Assembly: GCA_963828735.1 (NCBI GenBank) | Contig: CAWHFW010000005.1 | Location: 952,417 to 1,016,416, forward strand | Direction of reading: 5' to 3' | DNA length: 64,000 nucleotides | Source: an uncultured Gemmatimonadales bacterium | GTDB taxonomy: Bacteria > Gemmatimonadota > Gemmatimonadetes > Gemmatimonadales > GWC2-71-9 | Shown: positions 27,346-36,913 of the stretch, piece after piece | Numbering within the stretch: the stretch's first letter is position 1 | Layout of the letters: every line of letters begins with the position of its first letter | Notes under the pieces: model-generated | The model's database searches: none | What the model was told of the DNA's origin: nothing | Seen by the model: only the letters and a program-made list of their open reading frames with translations | Position numbers and translations under genes: made by a program

Positions 27346-30333
27346 CTAGAACGACGGCTCGAAGCTGAACACCCAGCGGAACGCGAGCTCGTTGTCGTCC
27401 GCGGCGAGATCCTGGGCCAGCTCGGGCCGGTTCACCCACAGGGGAAGATCGAACCGCGTGACGAACCGCGTGTCGCCGATCCGATGCTCGGCGCGGATTC
27501 CGATGCCCGCGTCGCCCAGGAATCGAACGCGCCCCGAAGCCGGCGCGTCGTCCTCGGATTGAAAGGCGTGGCCCAGGTCGGTGAACGCGGCGAGTGCGAC
27601 CCGCGAGAACAGTCGTGCCTGGGGACGCGCGAGCATCGTCCGCTCGAGCTCCGCGGAGAGCGCGATCAGTCCGCTGGTGGAGACCCGTGGGTCGATGCCG
27701 CGAAGGCCGCCGCCGCCCGGCTGCTGGTAGTTCATGTCGGCGCCCTCGAGCAGCGAGCCGCGCGAGCGCAGGAACGGGTTGGCGAGCCGCGCGAGCGGGT
27801 CCGAGCCCTGGGCATAGATTTGCCGCTGCTTGGCGGGCAGGTCGTTCCCGCCCGCGAACGCCCCGTACGCGCGCCCTCCCAGGCTCCAGCGCGCGCCGAG
27901 TGAACGGCGAGCGGTACCTTCGATGGTAACCCGTCCATAGAAGGGATCCAGATCGCTCCGACCGCTCGCCGCGAGGCCGTCTCGGTGATACGCAAGCCCG
28001 CCGCTCAGGGTGTTCCGGAAATCCAGGTCCCATTTGCCCGAGCGTGTCGTGAGGCCTCCTGACAGGGTGAGCTCGACCGTGCCCGCATCGTCGTAATAGC
28101 CCCGGTCGAGGTAGCGGAAATCGTCGGGCTGCACCCACTGGAGCGCGATGCCGCCGGTGCGCGTGGGGCCGAACGTCAGGTGCTCCCGCCGGCTCCGTTC
28201 CAACGCGAGCGTGGCCCCGAACCGGCCCTCGACGTTGTAAACGTCGAGCGTCTGCGTGACGTTGGGCGCCCGGAGCATCGTCGGGTTCCGCAGGCGGAAC
28301 CAGAAATCCACGTCGTGCACGCCGTCGTCCACACCCCACCCCGTGCTCGCCGTGACCAGGGCGACGTTCTGCTCGAACCGGCCGAAGTAATCGCTGCGGC
28401 TTCGGGCGCCAAGGGTGACGCCGCCCGCGTCGTTGTACCACGCGACGGGCTGGAGGCCGAGCGTCAGCCGGTCACGGCTCACGCGGGTGCTGAAGTAGCG
28501 GTGGAAGTAGACGTCGGGGTCCGCCGACCCCGTGAGCGCCCGGCCGACCGAGACGCCGAGCGGCTTCCGGTTGTTCAGCATGTTCCAGTCGTGGGAGCGC
28601 ACCAGCGGGTCGAGCAGGATCTCCCGCGGCTTGGTCCGCGTCGGGATCTCCACCCACTCCCGCTCGGCGAGCCCCTCGGTGCGCGCGACCGCCGTGTCGC
28701 CGGCCGCGATGACCGCGACGTCCTGGGGAAACCGGCCCGGCGACTTCCGCACGACCTCGACGCGCGTGAGATAGCCGTCCGCGTGGCGGGCCGTCCGGAC
28801 GTGACCCACCTCGTAGTCGTAGAGCTCGGTGGTGTGGAGCCACTGTGCGAAGAAGGTCGAGAGGTCGCGGTGGGACTCCTCCTCGGCGACCGCCCGGAAC
28901 GCCGCCTCATCCACGTGGTGGTACTTCCAGCGCTCGTAGAACGTCTGCAGGATCCGGTGCATCGTCGCGTCGCCGACGATCGCGCGGAGCTGATGGAAAA
29001 ACAGCTCGCCACGGGTGTAGATCGCGATATTGTACGAGGTGAAATCGCGATAGTCCTCCCCCACGAGGCTCGGCGGCTCCGAATAGTCGTCCAGATCGAG
29101 CTGAAGCACTTCGGCTTCGGTCTCGCCGTAGCTCGGCTTCCCCATCGTCTCCCAGAACCAGCTCGTCTGGAAGCTGGTGAATCCCTCGTCGAGCCAGCCC
29201 TCGCGCCACTCGTTGTTGGCCAGCAGCCCCATCGTGTAGTTGTGCCCGGCCTCGTGCACGATGAGCCCCTGATCGGCCGATCCGTTGTGCACCATCATCG
29301 GGAACTCGGTGCCGCCTCCCTCGATCCGATGGACGTTGGTGAGCTGCGGCCACCCGAACGGCCCGTACACCTGGTCGAGCCAGGCGAGAGCGGTCTGGGT
29401 CCGCGTGACGGCGACGCCCCCGCCCCAGCTCTTCTCGTCACCCGGCTGGTAGAGCACATGGATGGCGACGTCGCCATAGTGCCCGCCCTCGTACCGGTAC
29501 TGCGGATTGAGCGACATCGCAAAATGGTGCACGCGCTCCGCGTACCATCGGATCCGCTTCCGGCCCGGATCGGCGCCCGTGCACGCGTCGGTCGACGGCG
29601 TGCTCGCGCCGTAGTAGTCGCGCTGGTACTCGACCGCCCGGTCCGGGGCGCGATTGGCGCGCTCCCACCCCGGGTCTCCACAGACCGCGACACCGGTGGC
29701 GCCTACCACCTGGTCCTCAGGCACATCGAGATCGACGGTGAACCGCGCGAACTCGCCATAGAACTCGCCGCCGGGATACAGCGGGTGCTCCTCCCAGCCG
29801 TAGCGGTCGTACACGACCACCTTGGGATACCACTGCGCGAAGTCGAATCGCCTGCCCTGCCGGCCCTGGCGGCGCGGGACCGTGGACGGCCGGGCGTCCC
29901 AGCGCAGGTCGACGCTCATCGAGTCGCCCGGCGCCAGCGGCTGCGGCAACGCGAAGCGGACCACCGTGCTGTCCGGGGCGAAGGGGTAGACCGGCTCGAC
30001 GGGCTGGCCCATGATCCGCACGTCGCGTACGTGATTGAAGGCGAAGTCCGGATCACGGAGGTCATTGAAGCGGCGCCGTCCCTCCGCGGAATCGGCGTCG
30101 GCCCAGCGCGAGCCCGGGCGGAATGCGTTGAGGTAGAGGTGAAGCGAGAAGCTGGTCAGCGCATCGGGTGACGCGTTGCGATAGGCGATGCGCTCTCCGC
30201 CGGCCAGGACACCCGAAGGCTCATCGAGCCGCGCGGTGATCTCGTAGGCCACGTCCTGCTGCCAGTAGGGAGTCTGGGGCGGCCGAGGCGCGGCCGGCGC
30301 CTGTTGCAAGGCGAGCAACGCAAGGGTGATCAC
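27346..30333 (-). CDS. M1-family zinc metallopeptidase fused to a C-terminal beta-barrel-like (Omp85/surface-antigen-like) region
   Basis: 995 aa with a GTG start. HEAGHNYTMGLLANNEWREGWLDEG gives HExxH-X18-E. The last ~400 aa are Gly/aromatic-rich with an alternating pattern and end in FSFEPSF. Confidence 0.8.
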   Translation of the reverse strand: MITLALLALQQAPAAPRPPQTPYWQQDVAYEITARLDEPSGVLAGGERIAYRNASPDALTSFSLHLYLNAFRPGSRWADADSAEGRRRFNDLRDPDFAFNHVRDVRIMGQPVEPVYPFAPDSTVVRFALPQPLAPGDSMSVDLRWDARPSTVPRRQGRQGRRFDFAQWYPKVVVYDRYGWEEHPLYPGGEFYGEFARFTVDLDVPEDQVVGATGVAVCGDPGWERANRAPDRAVEYQRDYYGASTPSTDACTGADPGRKRIRWYAERVHHFAMSLNPQYRYEGGHYGDVAIHVLYQPGDEKSWGGGVAVTRTQTALAWLDQVYGPFGWPQLTNVHRIEGGGTEFPMMVHNGSADQGLIVHEAGHNYTMGLLANNEWREGWLDEGFTSFQTSWFWETMGKPSYGETEAEVLQLDLDDYSEPPSLVGEDYRDFTSYNIAIYTRGELFFHQLRAIVGDATMHRILQTFYERWKYHHVDEAAFRAVAEEESHRDLSTFFAQWLHTTELYDYEVGHVRTARHADGYLTRVEVVRKSPGRFPQDVAVIAAGDTAVARTEGLAEREWVEIPTRTKPREILLDPLVRSHDWNMLNNRKPLGVSVGRALTGSADPDVYFHRYFSTRVSRDRLTLGLQPVAWYNDAGGVTLGARSRSDYFGRFEQNVALVTASTGWGVDDGVHDVDFWFRLRNPTMLRAPNVTQTLDVYNVEGRFGATLALERSRREHLTFGPTRTGGIALQWVQPDDFRYLDRGYYDDAGTVELTLSGGLTTRSGKWDLDFRNTLSGGLAYHRDGLAASGRSDLDPFYGRVTIEGTARRSLGARWSLGGRAYGAFAGGNDLPAKQRQIYAQGSDPLARLANPFLRSRGSLLEGADMNYQQPGGGGLRGIDPRVSTSGLIALSAELERTMLARPQARLFSRVALAAFTDLGHAFQSEDDAPASGRVRFLGDAGIGIRAEHRIGDTRFVTRFDLPLWVNRPELAQDLAADDNELAFRWVFSFEPSF

Positions 30334-30389
30334 GGACGGCTCGAAGGACGAAGGTGGGCGGAAACATAGGGGGGACCGCCGCCGCCCCC

Positions 30390-30418
30390 AAGCAAAGGAG
30401 CCGGGAGGTCCCGGCTCC
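30390..30418 (-). terminator. Intrinsic terminator of the receiver gene
   Basis: GGAGCCGGG-AGGT-CCCGGCTCC, a 9-bp stem 3 nt after the stop. Followed on the minus strand by TTTGCTT. Confidence 0.65.
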
Positions 30419-30420
30419 GT

Positions 30421-30861
30421 CTACGACTCGGCTCGCTCGCGGAGGTCGGCCGCCGCGCCTCTGGGCGGTGCGAGGGCCTCGTTCACCTTGGCCAGGAGCT
30501 CTTTCCGTGTGAAAGGCTTGGCGAGGAACGGGACATCCAGGGTCGTGAGTCCGTATTGGGCCATGACTTCTGCCGGATAGGCCGACATGTACAGCAGATG
30601 CTGGTCCGGCCACTCGTCCAGGATCTCGCGGGCAAGGGCAACGCCGTCGCCATCGTGGAGCACGATGTCCAGCACGACCAGGTCGACCCGCCCGCGAGCC
30701 TCCCCGAGCACTTCGAGCGCTTCCCGGGTGCCATCGGCCTCCAGCACCCGGAACCCCTCCTCGCTCAGAAGGCGGCTCGCGATGCAGCGCGCCATCCGGC
30801 GGTCGTCCACGATGAGGACCGTCGTCACAACCAGCGGGAACCTGAAATCGAGCGGAGCCAT
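30421..30861 (-). CDS. Stand-alone response-regulator receiver (CheY-like)
   Basis: Trimmed to the ATG at 30861 behind GGAGGGG. DD pair, LVVLDIVL acceptor Asp, YMSAY and LAKPF. Confidence 0.85.
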   Translation of the reverse strand: MAPLDFRFPLVVTTVLIVDDRRMARCIASRLLSEEGFRVLEADGTREALEVLGEARGRVDLVVLDIVLHDGDGVALAREILDEWPDQHLLYMSAYPAEVMAQYGLTTLDVPFLAKPFTRKELLAKVNEALAPPRGAAADLRERAES

Positions 30862-31084
30862 AATTCCCCTCCGTACCATACCGTACCGACGAAGTTCAAG
30901 TTGACTACCGGGGCGGCGGAAGGTAGTGACGCGTCTCACACACTGTGGATTGACCGGGATCCAAGGTGCGTCGCTCCTGGACTGAGAAGTCGGGGTCATG
31001 CGCGGCGTGCTATGCTCGGCTGCGTCGGCCGTACTCCGTCACGCTCTTGCCGCGTGAGCACAGGAGCGCCAACGGACGGGAGAC

Positions 31085-31531
31085 CTAGGGCTCTTGCCCG
31101 GCTTGGTTTGGCAGTTGCTGGCCGAGCGCCCTGCCCGGTGCCGACGGACCGATGAGGGCCTCGACCTGTTTGAGCAAATCCTCGGGAGAGAATGGCTTGT
31201 TGAGCAATGGTCCGGGGAGCGGGCGTATCGTCGGACGGGCATAGCCGGAGACGAAGAGGATGGGAAGAGGAGGATTCAACTGTCTGAGGCGCCCCGCGAG
31301 CGCCACGCCGTCCATCTCGGGCATGCGGATGTCGGTGATGACGAGCCGGAGACGCCCGTGCAGCGCCTCCGCGAGGCGGAACGCGTCCTTTCCGTTGGCC
31401 GCGCTATGGACGGCGTAGCCCTCCTCCGCGAGGGTCCTCGCCATGACGACGAGGATGGTCTCATCGTCGTCCACCACCAGCACGACCTGCACGCTTGTCA
31501 CGCCCCAACTTACGTTCTTGTGGGTTTGCAT
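31085..31531 (-). CDS. Stand-alone response-regulator receiver (CheY-like)
   Basis: VLVVDDDE, LVITDIRMPEMDG, FVSGY and LNKPF. Confidence 0.85.
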   Translation of the reverse strand: MQTHKNVSWGVTSVQVVLVVDDDETILVVMARTLAEEGYAVHSAANGKDAFRLAEALHGRLRLVITDIRMPEMDGVALAGRLRQLNPPLPILFVSGYARPTIRPLPGPLLNKPFSPEDLLKQVEALIGPSAPGRALGQQLPNQAGQEP

Positions 31532-31618
31532 CGCCAGAGTCGGCGACGGTCGCCATACTGTCCGAACAGGCCGCTGGAACCAGTGCCGGCCCGGGAGCAG
31601 AAATCCCGGGCCTTCTGC

Positions 31619-31819
31619 TCAGGATTGCTGGAACCCGGCTCTCACCGTGCGAACTTCGTCGCCGCCCACGACCGCCGCGTGCAGATCCCACGCTGCTTTG
31701 GCAACCATCGCGAATTCCGACCCCTTCGGCGTCTGCCCTGACTCGCCCGTGCGGCCCGCATAGATGATGGCCGCCATGATGGCCACCACGTCCGTCCGTT
31801 CCGTCCGTTCTCCCGTCAT
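31619..31819 (-). CDS. Small hypothetical protein (66 aa)
   Basis: Terminal part of track ORF 31619..32497, starting at the ATG at 31819 (MTGERTERTDVVAIMAAIIYAGRTGESGQ...). The rest of that ORF is antisense to the Lrp gene. Confidence 0.3.
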   Translation of the reverse strand: MTGERTERTDVVAIMAAIIYAGRTGESGQTPKGSEFAMVAKAAWDLHAAVVGGDEVRTVRAGFQQS

Positions 31820-31996
31820 GTGCCGCTCCAAGTCGTTGTATGACGCAAGATAAGCCCCGGTGGCCTCCGCATATGCCGGCCGTCGATTCGCTGTGCGCCA
31901 ACTACATGGCCCTGCTAATAGTCCGCCCTGAAACAAATCCGTTGACGAATCGTCTGTAATAGGTAGTTTTTCAGGGACACCAAGCCTGGAGTGCTC

Positions 31997-32467
31997 ATGT
32001 CGGACGCCGATCCCATCAGCCGCCGCCTCCTGCAGCTGCTTTCGGCCGATGGCCGCGCCAGCTACCAGGCCCTCGCCGACGAGGTCGGGCTCTCGCGGCC
32101 CGCGGTCATGGAACGCGTCAAGCGGCTCGAGGAGGGCGGGCACATCCTCGGGTACAGCGCCCGGATCGACCGTGCCAAGGCCGGGTTTCCGATCACGGCC
32201 TTCGTGAACGTCCGCTACCCCGCGTCGGATCACGACGATGCCGAGCGCGCGGTTCGGGGACTCGAGGCCAACCCGAGCGTCCTCGAATGCCATCATGTGG
32301 CGGGCGACGACTGCTACATCCTCAAAGTGGCCGCGCCCTCGCTCGAGGCGCTCGAGCGGATCCTGCGTACGCTCAGGGAGCCGGGTCTCTCCGCCACCAC
32401 ACGCACCACCATCGTACTCTCGAGCGTGTTCGAGAAGCCGGGCGTCGTGCCCGTGGAGATCGACTGA
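31997..32467 (+). CDS. Lrp/AsnC-family transcriptional regulator
   Basis: HTH (SYQALADEVGLSRPAVMERVKRLEEGG) plus a RAM-like C-terminal domain. Confidence 0.9.
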   Translation: MSDADPISRRLLQLLSADGRASYQALADEVGLSRPAVMERVKRLEEGGHILGYSARIDRAKAGFPITAFVNVRYPASDHDDAERAVRGLEANPSVLECHHVAGDDCYILKVAAPSLEALERILRTLREPGLSATTRTTIVLSSVFEKPGVVPVEID

Positions 32468-32468
32468 C

Positions 32469-33422
32469 ATGGCCGGACTTCGGGGCAAGGCGCTCATCGC
32501 CTATCTGCTCGTCTGCACGGTGTGGGGCTCGACGTACCTCGCGATCCGGATCGGCGTCGGGCACCTGCCGCCATTCCTCTTCGCCGGCGTGCGGTTCCTG
32601 GTCGCGGGATTACTGCTCGGTGCGATCGCGCTGGCGCTGGGCATTCGCCTCCCCAGGCGCGCGCGGGACTGGCGCACGCTCGCCATTACCGGCGTGTTCC
32701 TGCTCTGCGGTGCCAACGCGATCGTGGTCTGGTCGGAGCAGTTCGTCCCGTCCGGCATGGCCAGCGTCTTCGTCGCCGCCATGCCGCTCTGGTCGGCCTT
32801 CTTCGATGCGCTCATCCCCGGCGGGAAGACGCCGCTCACCTGGCGCATCGGGGTCGGCCTCGCGCTCGGCTTCCTGGGCAGTGCGCTGCTCGCCGGCATC
32901 ACGCCACACGAGATTGCCACGGCGGACCTGCGCGGCCCGGTCGCGCTAACGCTCGGGAGCGCGTCCTGGGCCCTCGGCAGCATCTACTGGAAGCGGCATC
33001 CGACCACGGACGTGAGCCCGTACGCGGCCGCCGCCTCGCAGATGGCGATCGCGGGCGCCCTCCTGTGCGTGTTCGGCCTGGCGATCGGGGAAGGGCCGCG
33101 ATTCCATCTGGATGCCACCGGCCTCGGCGCGATGGCGTATCTGATCGTCTTCGGGTCCATCGTCGGCTACACCGCGTTCGGCTATGCGCTCGAGCACGCC
33201 TCCGCGACGATCGTCGGCACGTACGCGTACGTGAACCCGGTGGTCGCGGTGATGCTCGGCTGGCTCGTTCTCGCCGAGCCCATCACGGGCCGCATGCTCG
33301 TGGCGATGGCGCTCATTCTCGGCTCGGTGCTGTGGATCCAGCTCGGCGCCAGGCCCGGGCGGGTCTCCGAGAGGCCGCGGGTCCGCGCGCTCGAGCGCCG
33401 GCGCCCGGCGGACGCGGCATGA
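32469..33422 (+). CDS. EamA/DMT-family transporter
   Basis: Trimmed to the ATG at 32469, 1 nt after the Lrp stop. Ten hydrophobic segments; TVWGSTYLAIRIG. Confidence 0.9.
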   Translation: MAGLRGKALIAYLLVCTVWGSTYLAIRIGVGHLPPFLFAGVRFLVAGLLLGAIALALGIRLPRRARDWRTLAITGVFLLCGANAIVVWSEQFVPSGMASVFVAAMPLWSAFFDALIPGGKTPLTWRIGVGLALGFLGSALLAGITPHEIATADLRGPVALTLGSASWALGSIYWKRHPTTDVSPYAAAASQMAIAGALLCVFGLAIGEGPRFHLDATGLGAMAYLIVFGSIVGYTAFGYALEHASATIVGTYAYVNPVVAVMLGWLVLAEPITGRMLVAMALILGSVLWIQLGARPGRVSERPRVRALERRRPADAA

Positions 33423-33871
33423 CCGCGGCCGCGACGTCCGCCGATCGTCCCTGGACCTCCGCCGAGGAAGTGGCGGCGCTCGTCGCGCGCTTCGAGGACT
33501 GCACGCTCCCGCACGCGGAGTGGACCCATCGGGCCCACCTGACCGTGGCGCTCTGGTTCGCATCGCATCATCCACCGGCGGTGGCGCTCGACCTGGTCCG
33601 CTCGGGCATCCTGCGCCTCAATACCGCGCACGGCGTACCCACCACGCCGACGCGCGGCTATCACGAGACCATCACGCGCTTCTACATGCACGTGGTGACC
33701 CATTACCTCCGCCAGCAGGAGCTCGCCGGCGACTGGGCCGAGCGTGCCAACCGCATGGTGGAACGGCTGGGCGCGCGCGACCTCGCGCTGCGTCACTACT
33801 CGGAGCAGAGGCTCAAGTCTCCCGAGGCGCGCGCCGCGTGGATCGAGCCCGATATCCGGCCGCTTCCGTAA
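33419..33871 (+). CDS. Hypothetical protein
   Basis: ATGA overlap with the EamA stop. 150 aa (MTAAATSADRPWTSAEEVAALVARFEDCTLPHAEW...). No family recognised. Confidence 0.5.
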   Translation: MTAAATSADRPWTSAEEVAALVARFEDCTLPHAEWTHRAHLTVALWFASHHPPAVALDLVRSGILRLNTAHGVPTTPTRGYHETITRFYMHVVTHYLRQQELAGDWAERANRMVERLGARDLALRHYSEQRLKSPEARAAWIEPDIRPLP

Positions 33872-33910
33872 GGCCGCCATCGGGCCCGGCCTCGAGGCGG
33901 GCCGGAACGG

Positions 33911-33945
33911 GAACGGGGGCCTGCGATCAACGCAGGCCCCCGTTC
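33911..33945. terminator. Bidirectional hairpin between convergent genes (GGGGGCnTGC family)
   Basis: GAACGGGGGCCTGCG-ATCAA-CGCAGGCCCCCGTTC, a 15-bp perfect stem. Confidence 0.6.
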
Positions 33946-33969
33946 GTCTTCAGGCTGACTCGTGCTCGG

Positions 33970-34506
33970 CTACCTGGCCAGCAGCTGCCTCCGCAGTTTC
34001 ACCATCCTGCGCCGGACCGAGCCGTCGTGGATGCGCTCGCCGATGCGGACGATGGCGCCGCCCAGCAGCTCCGGGTCCACCGAGAACGACGGGATGACGT
34101 TCTTGCCGAGCTGCTCGCTCAGGGCCTCCGCGATACTGCGTTGGGTGGCCTCATCGGCGGGGCGGGCCAGGGTGACGCCGGCGCGCACCCGGTCGAGCTT
34201 GATGTCGAGGAGCTTGTGGTATTCGGTCGCGATCTCTCGCAGCAGCCCCTGGCGGTTGCGTCGGACGAGCGCCTGGAGGAAGAGCACGAATTCCCGCCGG
34301 ACACCCTGAAGCGACGCTGCGAGAAGGCGCGCCTTCTCGGCCTTCGGCACCCGGGGCGACATCAGGACTGCCTGCACCGCTGGTGTCGTCTCCACCGCGG
34401 AGGCCACCGCGTCGATCAGGTCCGCGTACGGGACCGTCTGCCCGCTCCGCTCGCCAAGGTCGAACAGCGTCTCGGCGTAGTTCCGGGCGATCGTCTCCGA
34501 CCTCAC
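33970..34506 (-). CDS. atpH: F-type ATP synthase subunit delta (OSCP)
   Basis: 178 aa. IARNYAETLFDL...GGAIVRIGERIHDGSVRRRMVKLRRQL. Overlaps the atpF end by 4 nt. Confidence 0.9.
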   Translation of the reverse strand: MRSETIARNYAETLFDLGERSGQTVPYADLIDAVASAVETTPAVQAVLMSPRVPKAEKARLLAASLQGVRREFVLFLQALVRRNRQGLLREIATEYHKLLDIKLDRVRAGVTLARPADEATQRSIAEALSEQLGKNVIPSFSVDPELLGGAIVRIGERIHDGSVRRRMVKLRRQLLAR

Positions 34507-35039
34507 CGCGCCGATTCCAGCGAGGCGAGGTAGTCGCTCACGATCTTCTTGTCGGTCTCGCTGTCGAGCCGCTTGCCGATCAGCTTCGACGCCGCGGCGA
34601 GCGACAGATCCACCGCCTCGCGCCGGAGGTCCGCCACGGCGCGGTCGCGCTCGCTGGTGATCTCACGCCGGGCGCGTTGCAGCAGATCCTCCTGCTCCTG
34701 CTTGGTCTTTTCCATCGCCACCGCCCGCTCCTTCTCCGCGACCTGGCGCGCTTCCACGAGGATCGCGTGGGCCTGCGCCTTGGCGTCGCCCACGAGCCGC
34801 TTGTGCTCCTCCAGCAGCTTGGCCGCCTCGGCCCGGTTCCGCTCGGCCTCCGCGAGCTGCCGCTCGAGCGCCTGCTCCCGCGCCTCGACCGCGCCGAGTA
34901 CGGCGGGCCACGCGAACCGCTTGAGGATGGCGAGCAGCAGCAGGAAGACGACGATGGTCCAGAGCATCAGCCCGCCGTCCACGGTCAACGGACCCGGCGT
35001 GTGCTCTTCCTGAAGGGCCAGCAGTGTCACGTGCAGCAT
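34503..35039 (-). CDS. atpF: F-type ATP synthase subunit b
   Basis: One N-terminal TM segment followed by a long charged coiled coil. Position between atpE and atpH. Confidence 0.85.
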   Translation of the reverse strand: MLHVTLLALQEEHTPGPLTVDGGLMLWTIVVFLLLLAILKRFAWPAVLGAVEAREQALERQLAEAERNRAEAAKLLEEHKRLVGDAKAQAHAILVEARQVAEKERAVAMEKTKQEQEDLLQRARREITSERDRAVADLRREAVDLSLAAASKLIGKRLDSETDKKIVSDYLASLESAR

Positions 35040-35072
35040 GTCGATCTCCGTATCCCCGTGACCTCGCCGCGA

Positions 35073-35097
35073 ACCGGTCCGTCCCCGACGGACCGGT
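35073..35097 (-). other. Intercistronic hairpin between atpE and atpF
   Basis: ACCGGTCCGTC-CCC-GACGGACCGGT, an 11-bp perfect stem in the 78-nt atpE-atpF spacer. Confidence 0.5.
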
Positions 35098-35117
35098 CCG
35101 GCGGCAGGCAGTTCGAG

Positions 35118-35396
35118 CTAGAACGTGATCTTGCCCTGGATCAGGAACGCGATCACGGCGACGAACAGCGCCACGCCTTCGACCAGCGCCGCGGCGATGA
35201 TCATGGCCGTCTGGATCCGGGCCGTGGCCTCGGGCTGACGGGCGATGCCCTCGGTAGCGCGGCCGCCGATCTGGCCGATGCCGATGCCGGCGCCTACCAC
35301 GGCCAGGCCGGCCGCGAGACCCGCGCCGATGAGGCCGTAGCCCTTGTCCGCGCCGGCCGCTGCGGCGGCCTGCAACAGGGCGGTGATGTACAGCAT
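35118..35396 (-). CDS. atpE: F-type ATP synthase subunit c
   Basis: 92 aa hairpin protein. GAGIGIGQIGGRATEGIARQPE...AAALVEGVALF. Confidence 0.95.
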   Translation of the reverse strand: MLYITALLQAAAAAGADKGYGLIGAGLAAGLAVVGAGIGIGQIGGRATEGIARQPEATARIQTAMIIAAALVEGVALFVAVIAFLIQGKITF

Positions 35397-35603
35397 GTCG
35401 TGCTCCCCTTGCGTGAACGGGAGATCGAGAGTCGCTGGCGCGCGCCGTACGTGGATCGCCTCTCCCGGTGCGATCTCGCCACGGTGACCCGCCTTCGCCC
35501 TGGCTTCCGCCGGGCAGCGGGCATCACCCGCCGTTCGGCGGGCTACGGGGTCCGGAGCGGCGCGTGCGCTCGTCGCCCGGACGTCCTGCGATCCTTCGCC
35601 TGC

Positions 35604-36548
35604 CTAGTGCTCCGCCCGCATCAGGCCGATGAACACGCTCGTGAGCAGCGTGAACACGAACGCCTGCAGGAACGCCACGAACAGCTCGAGCAGCATGACG
35701 CCGGTCGCCAGCAGCGAGGCCCCGATCCCCACGGTGTAGCTCTTGAAGAGGAAGGTCAGGCCGATCAGCGCGAGCACCAGCACGTGTCCCGAGGTCATGT
35801 TGGCGAAGAGCCGCACCGCGAGAGCGAACGGCTTGGCCAGCTTGCCGATGAGCTCGATCGGCGTCATCACGGCCAGCAGGAGCACCTTGAGCACGCTGCC
35901 GCCGATGCCGCCCGGCAGCCCGCTCGGCAGGTAGAAGATGGTCTTCAGGTACCCGGCGGTCCCGAGGGTCCGCATCCCGGTCACCTCGATCACGATGAAC
36001 GCCATCACCGCGAGCGCCGCCGTGACGGCGATGTTGCCGGTCGCGGTGGCACCGCCCGGGAGCAGGCCGAGCAGGTTCATCGCCAGGATGAAGAAGAACA
36101 GGGTCAACAGGTACGGGACGAACCCCTCGCCGTGATGACCCACGTTCGGCAGGATGACCTCCTGCCGGATGTAGAGAGCGGTGGCCTCCATGGCGCCGGG
36201 GAACCCCTTCGCCGGCCGGCCCGCCGCCTCCGCCCGCGCGATGGACCGCGCGCTCAGCACGAACACCAGCGCCACCAGCGTCGCCGCCAGCAGCATGAAC
36301 ACCAGGTGCTTGGTGGGGGAGAAGTCGAGCGTGAGCCCGCCGATGTGGACCGGGGGGACCCGGGGCAGCTCCACGGTCCCGAGGAGGGGCAGCTCGATAT
36401 CGTGCGAGTTCCCGAGGTGATGGGTGATGTCGATCTGCGCAGGGGCGCCCTCGGGCGCGTGCTCCTGCGCCGACGCCGGCCGGGCGGCCGGCATCGCGAG
36501 CCCGAGCAGCATCGCCATCATCACGATCGTACGGACGAATCGCGTCAT
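35604..36548 (-). CDS. atpB: F-type ATP synthase subunit a
   Basis: Trimmed to the ATG at 36548 (TGATG junction with the upstream gene). RLFANMTSGH motif. N-terminal signal-like extension. Confidence 0.9.
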   Translation of the reverse strand: MTRFVRTIVMMAMLLGLAMPAARPASAQEHAPEGAPAQIDITHHLGNSHDIELPLLGTVELPRVPPVHIGGLTLDFSPTKHLVFMLLAATLVALVFVLSARSIARAEAAGRPAKGFPGAMEATALYIRQEVILPNVGHHGEGFVPYLLTLFFFILAMNLLGLLPGGATATGNIAVTAALAVMAFIVIEVTGMRTLGTAGYLKTIFYLPSGLPGGIGGSVLKVLLLAVMTPIELIGKLAKPFALAVRLFANMTSGHVLVLALIGLTFLFKSYTVGIGASLLATGVMLLELFVAFLQAFVFTLLTSVFIGLMRAEH

Positions 36549-36913
36549 CACCGATCTTCCCGCGAGTGTTCTCGAAAAGCCGTGACCCCCTCGACCGCGA
36601 GGAGCGCCACGAGGACTCCCACCATCGCGCCGAGCATCGGCCCGGCACGGCTGCCCATGGCCGGCTGGACGATCAGCCCGGTCACGAGAACGGTCGTGAG
36701 GCGAGCCAGCATGCCCAGCGTCCACACCGCCATGAACCGGCTGGTCCCGACGCTCTGGATGGCCCACCAGCCGAGCGGCAGCTGGAGCACTACCCCGACC
36801 CCCACCCCCCACCAGTACGCCGCGCGATCGGCCGCGGGTACCAGGCCGGCCAGCGTCGCGGCGGCCACCGCAACCACTCCCACGCCCGCCAGGTAGCGGC
36901 GGCCCAGCGTCAT
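36548..36913 (-). CDS. atpI: ATP synthase protein I-like membrane protein
   Basis: 121 aa with four hydrophobic segments. Position immediately upstream of atpB. The assignment rests on position only. Confidence 0.55.
   Translation of the reverse strand: MTLGRRYLAGVGVVAVAAATLAGLVPAADRAAYWWGVGVGVVLQLPLGWWAIQSVGTSRFMAVWTLGMLARLTTVLVTGLIVQPAMGSRAGPMLGAMVGVLVALLAVEGVTAFREHSREDR

Noticed and set aside
28180-30171. 663-aa plus-strand ORF opposite the M1 peptidase gene. The same class includes 1651..3144, 4324..5520, 7068..8396, 24225..25709, 25564..26997, 57354..58655 and 62505..63620.
   Set aside because: Each lies antisense to, or out of frame with, a gene with clear family motifs. Each has Arg/Pro/Gly/His-rich composition without motifs.
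31619-32497. 292-aa minus-strand ORF
   Set aside because: Most of it is antisense to the clear Lrp/AsnC gene. Only the last 66 codons, outside the Lrp gene, were kept as a low-confidence small ORF.
34383-36896. 837-aa plus-strand ORF across the atp cluster
   Set aside because: It is antisense to six recognisable ATP synthase genes. Its composition is Arg/His/Glu/Pro noise.
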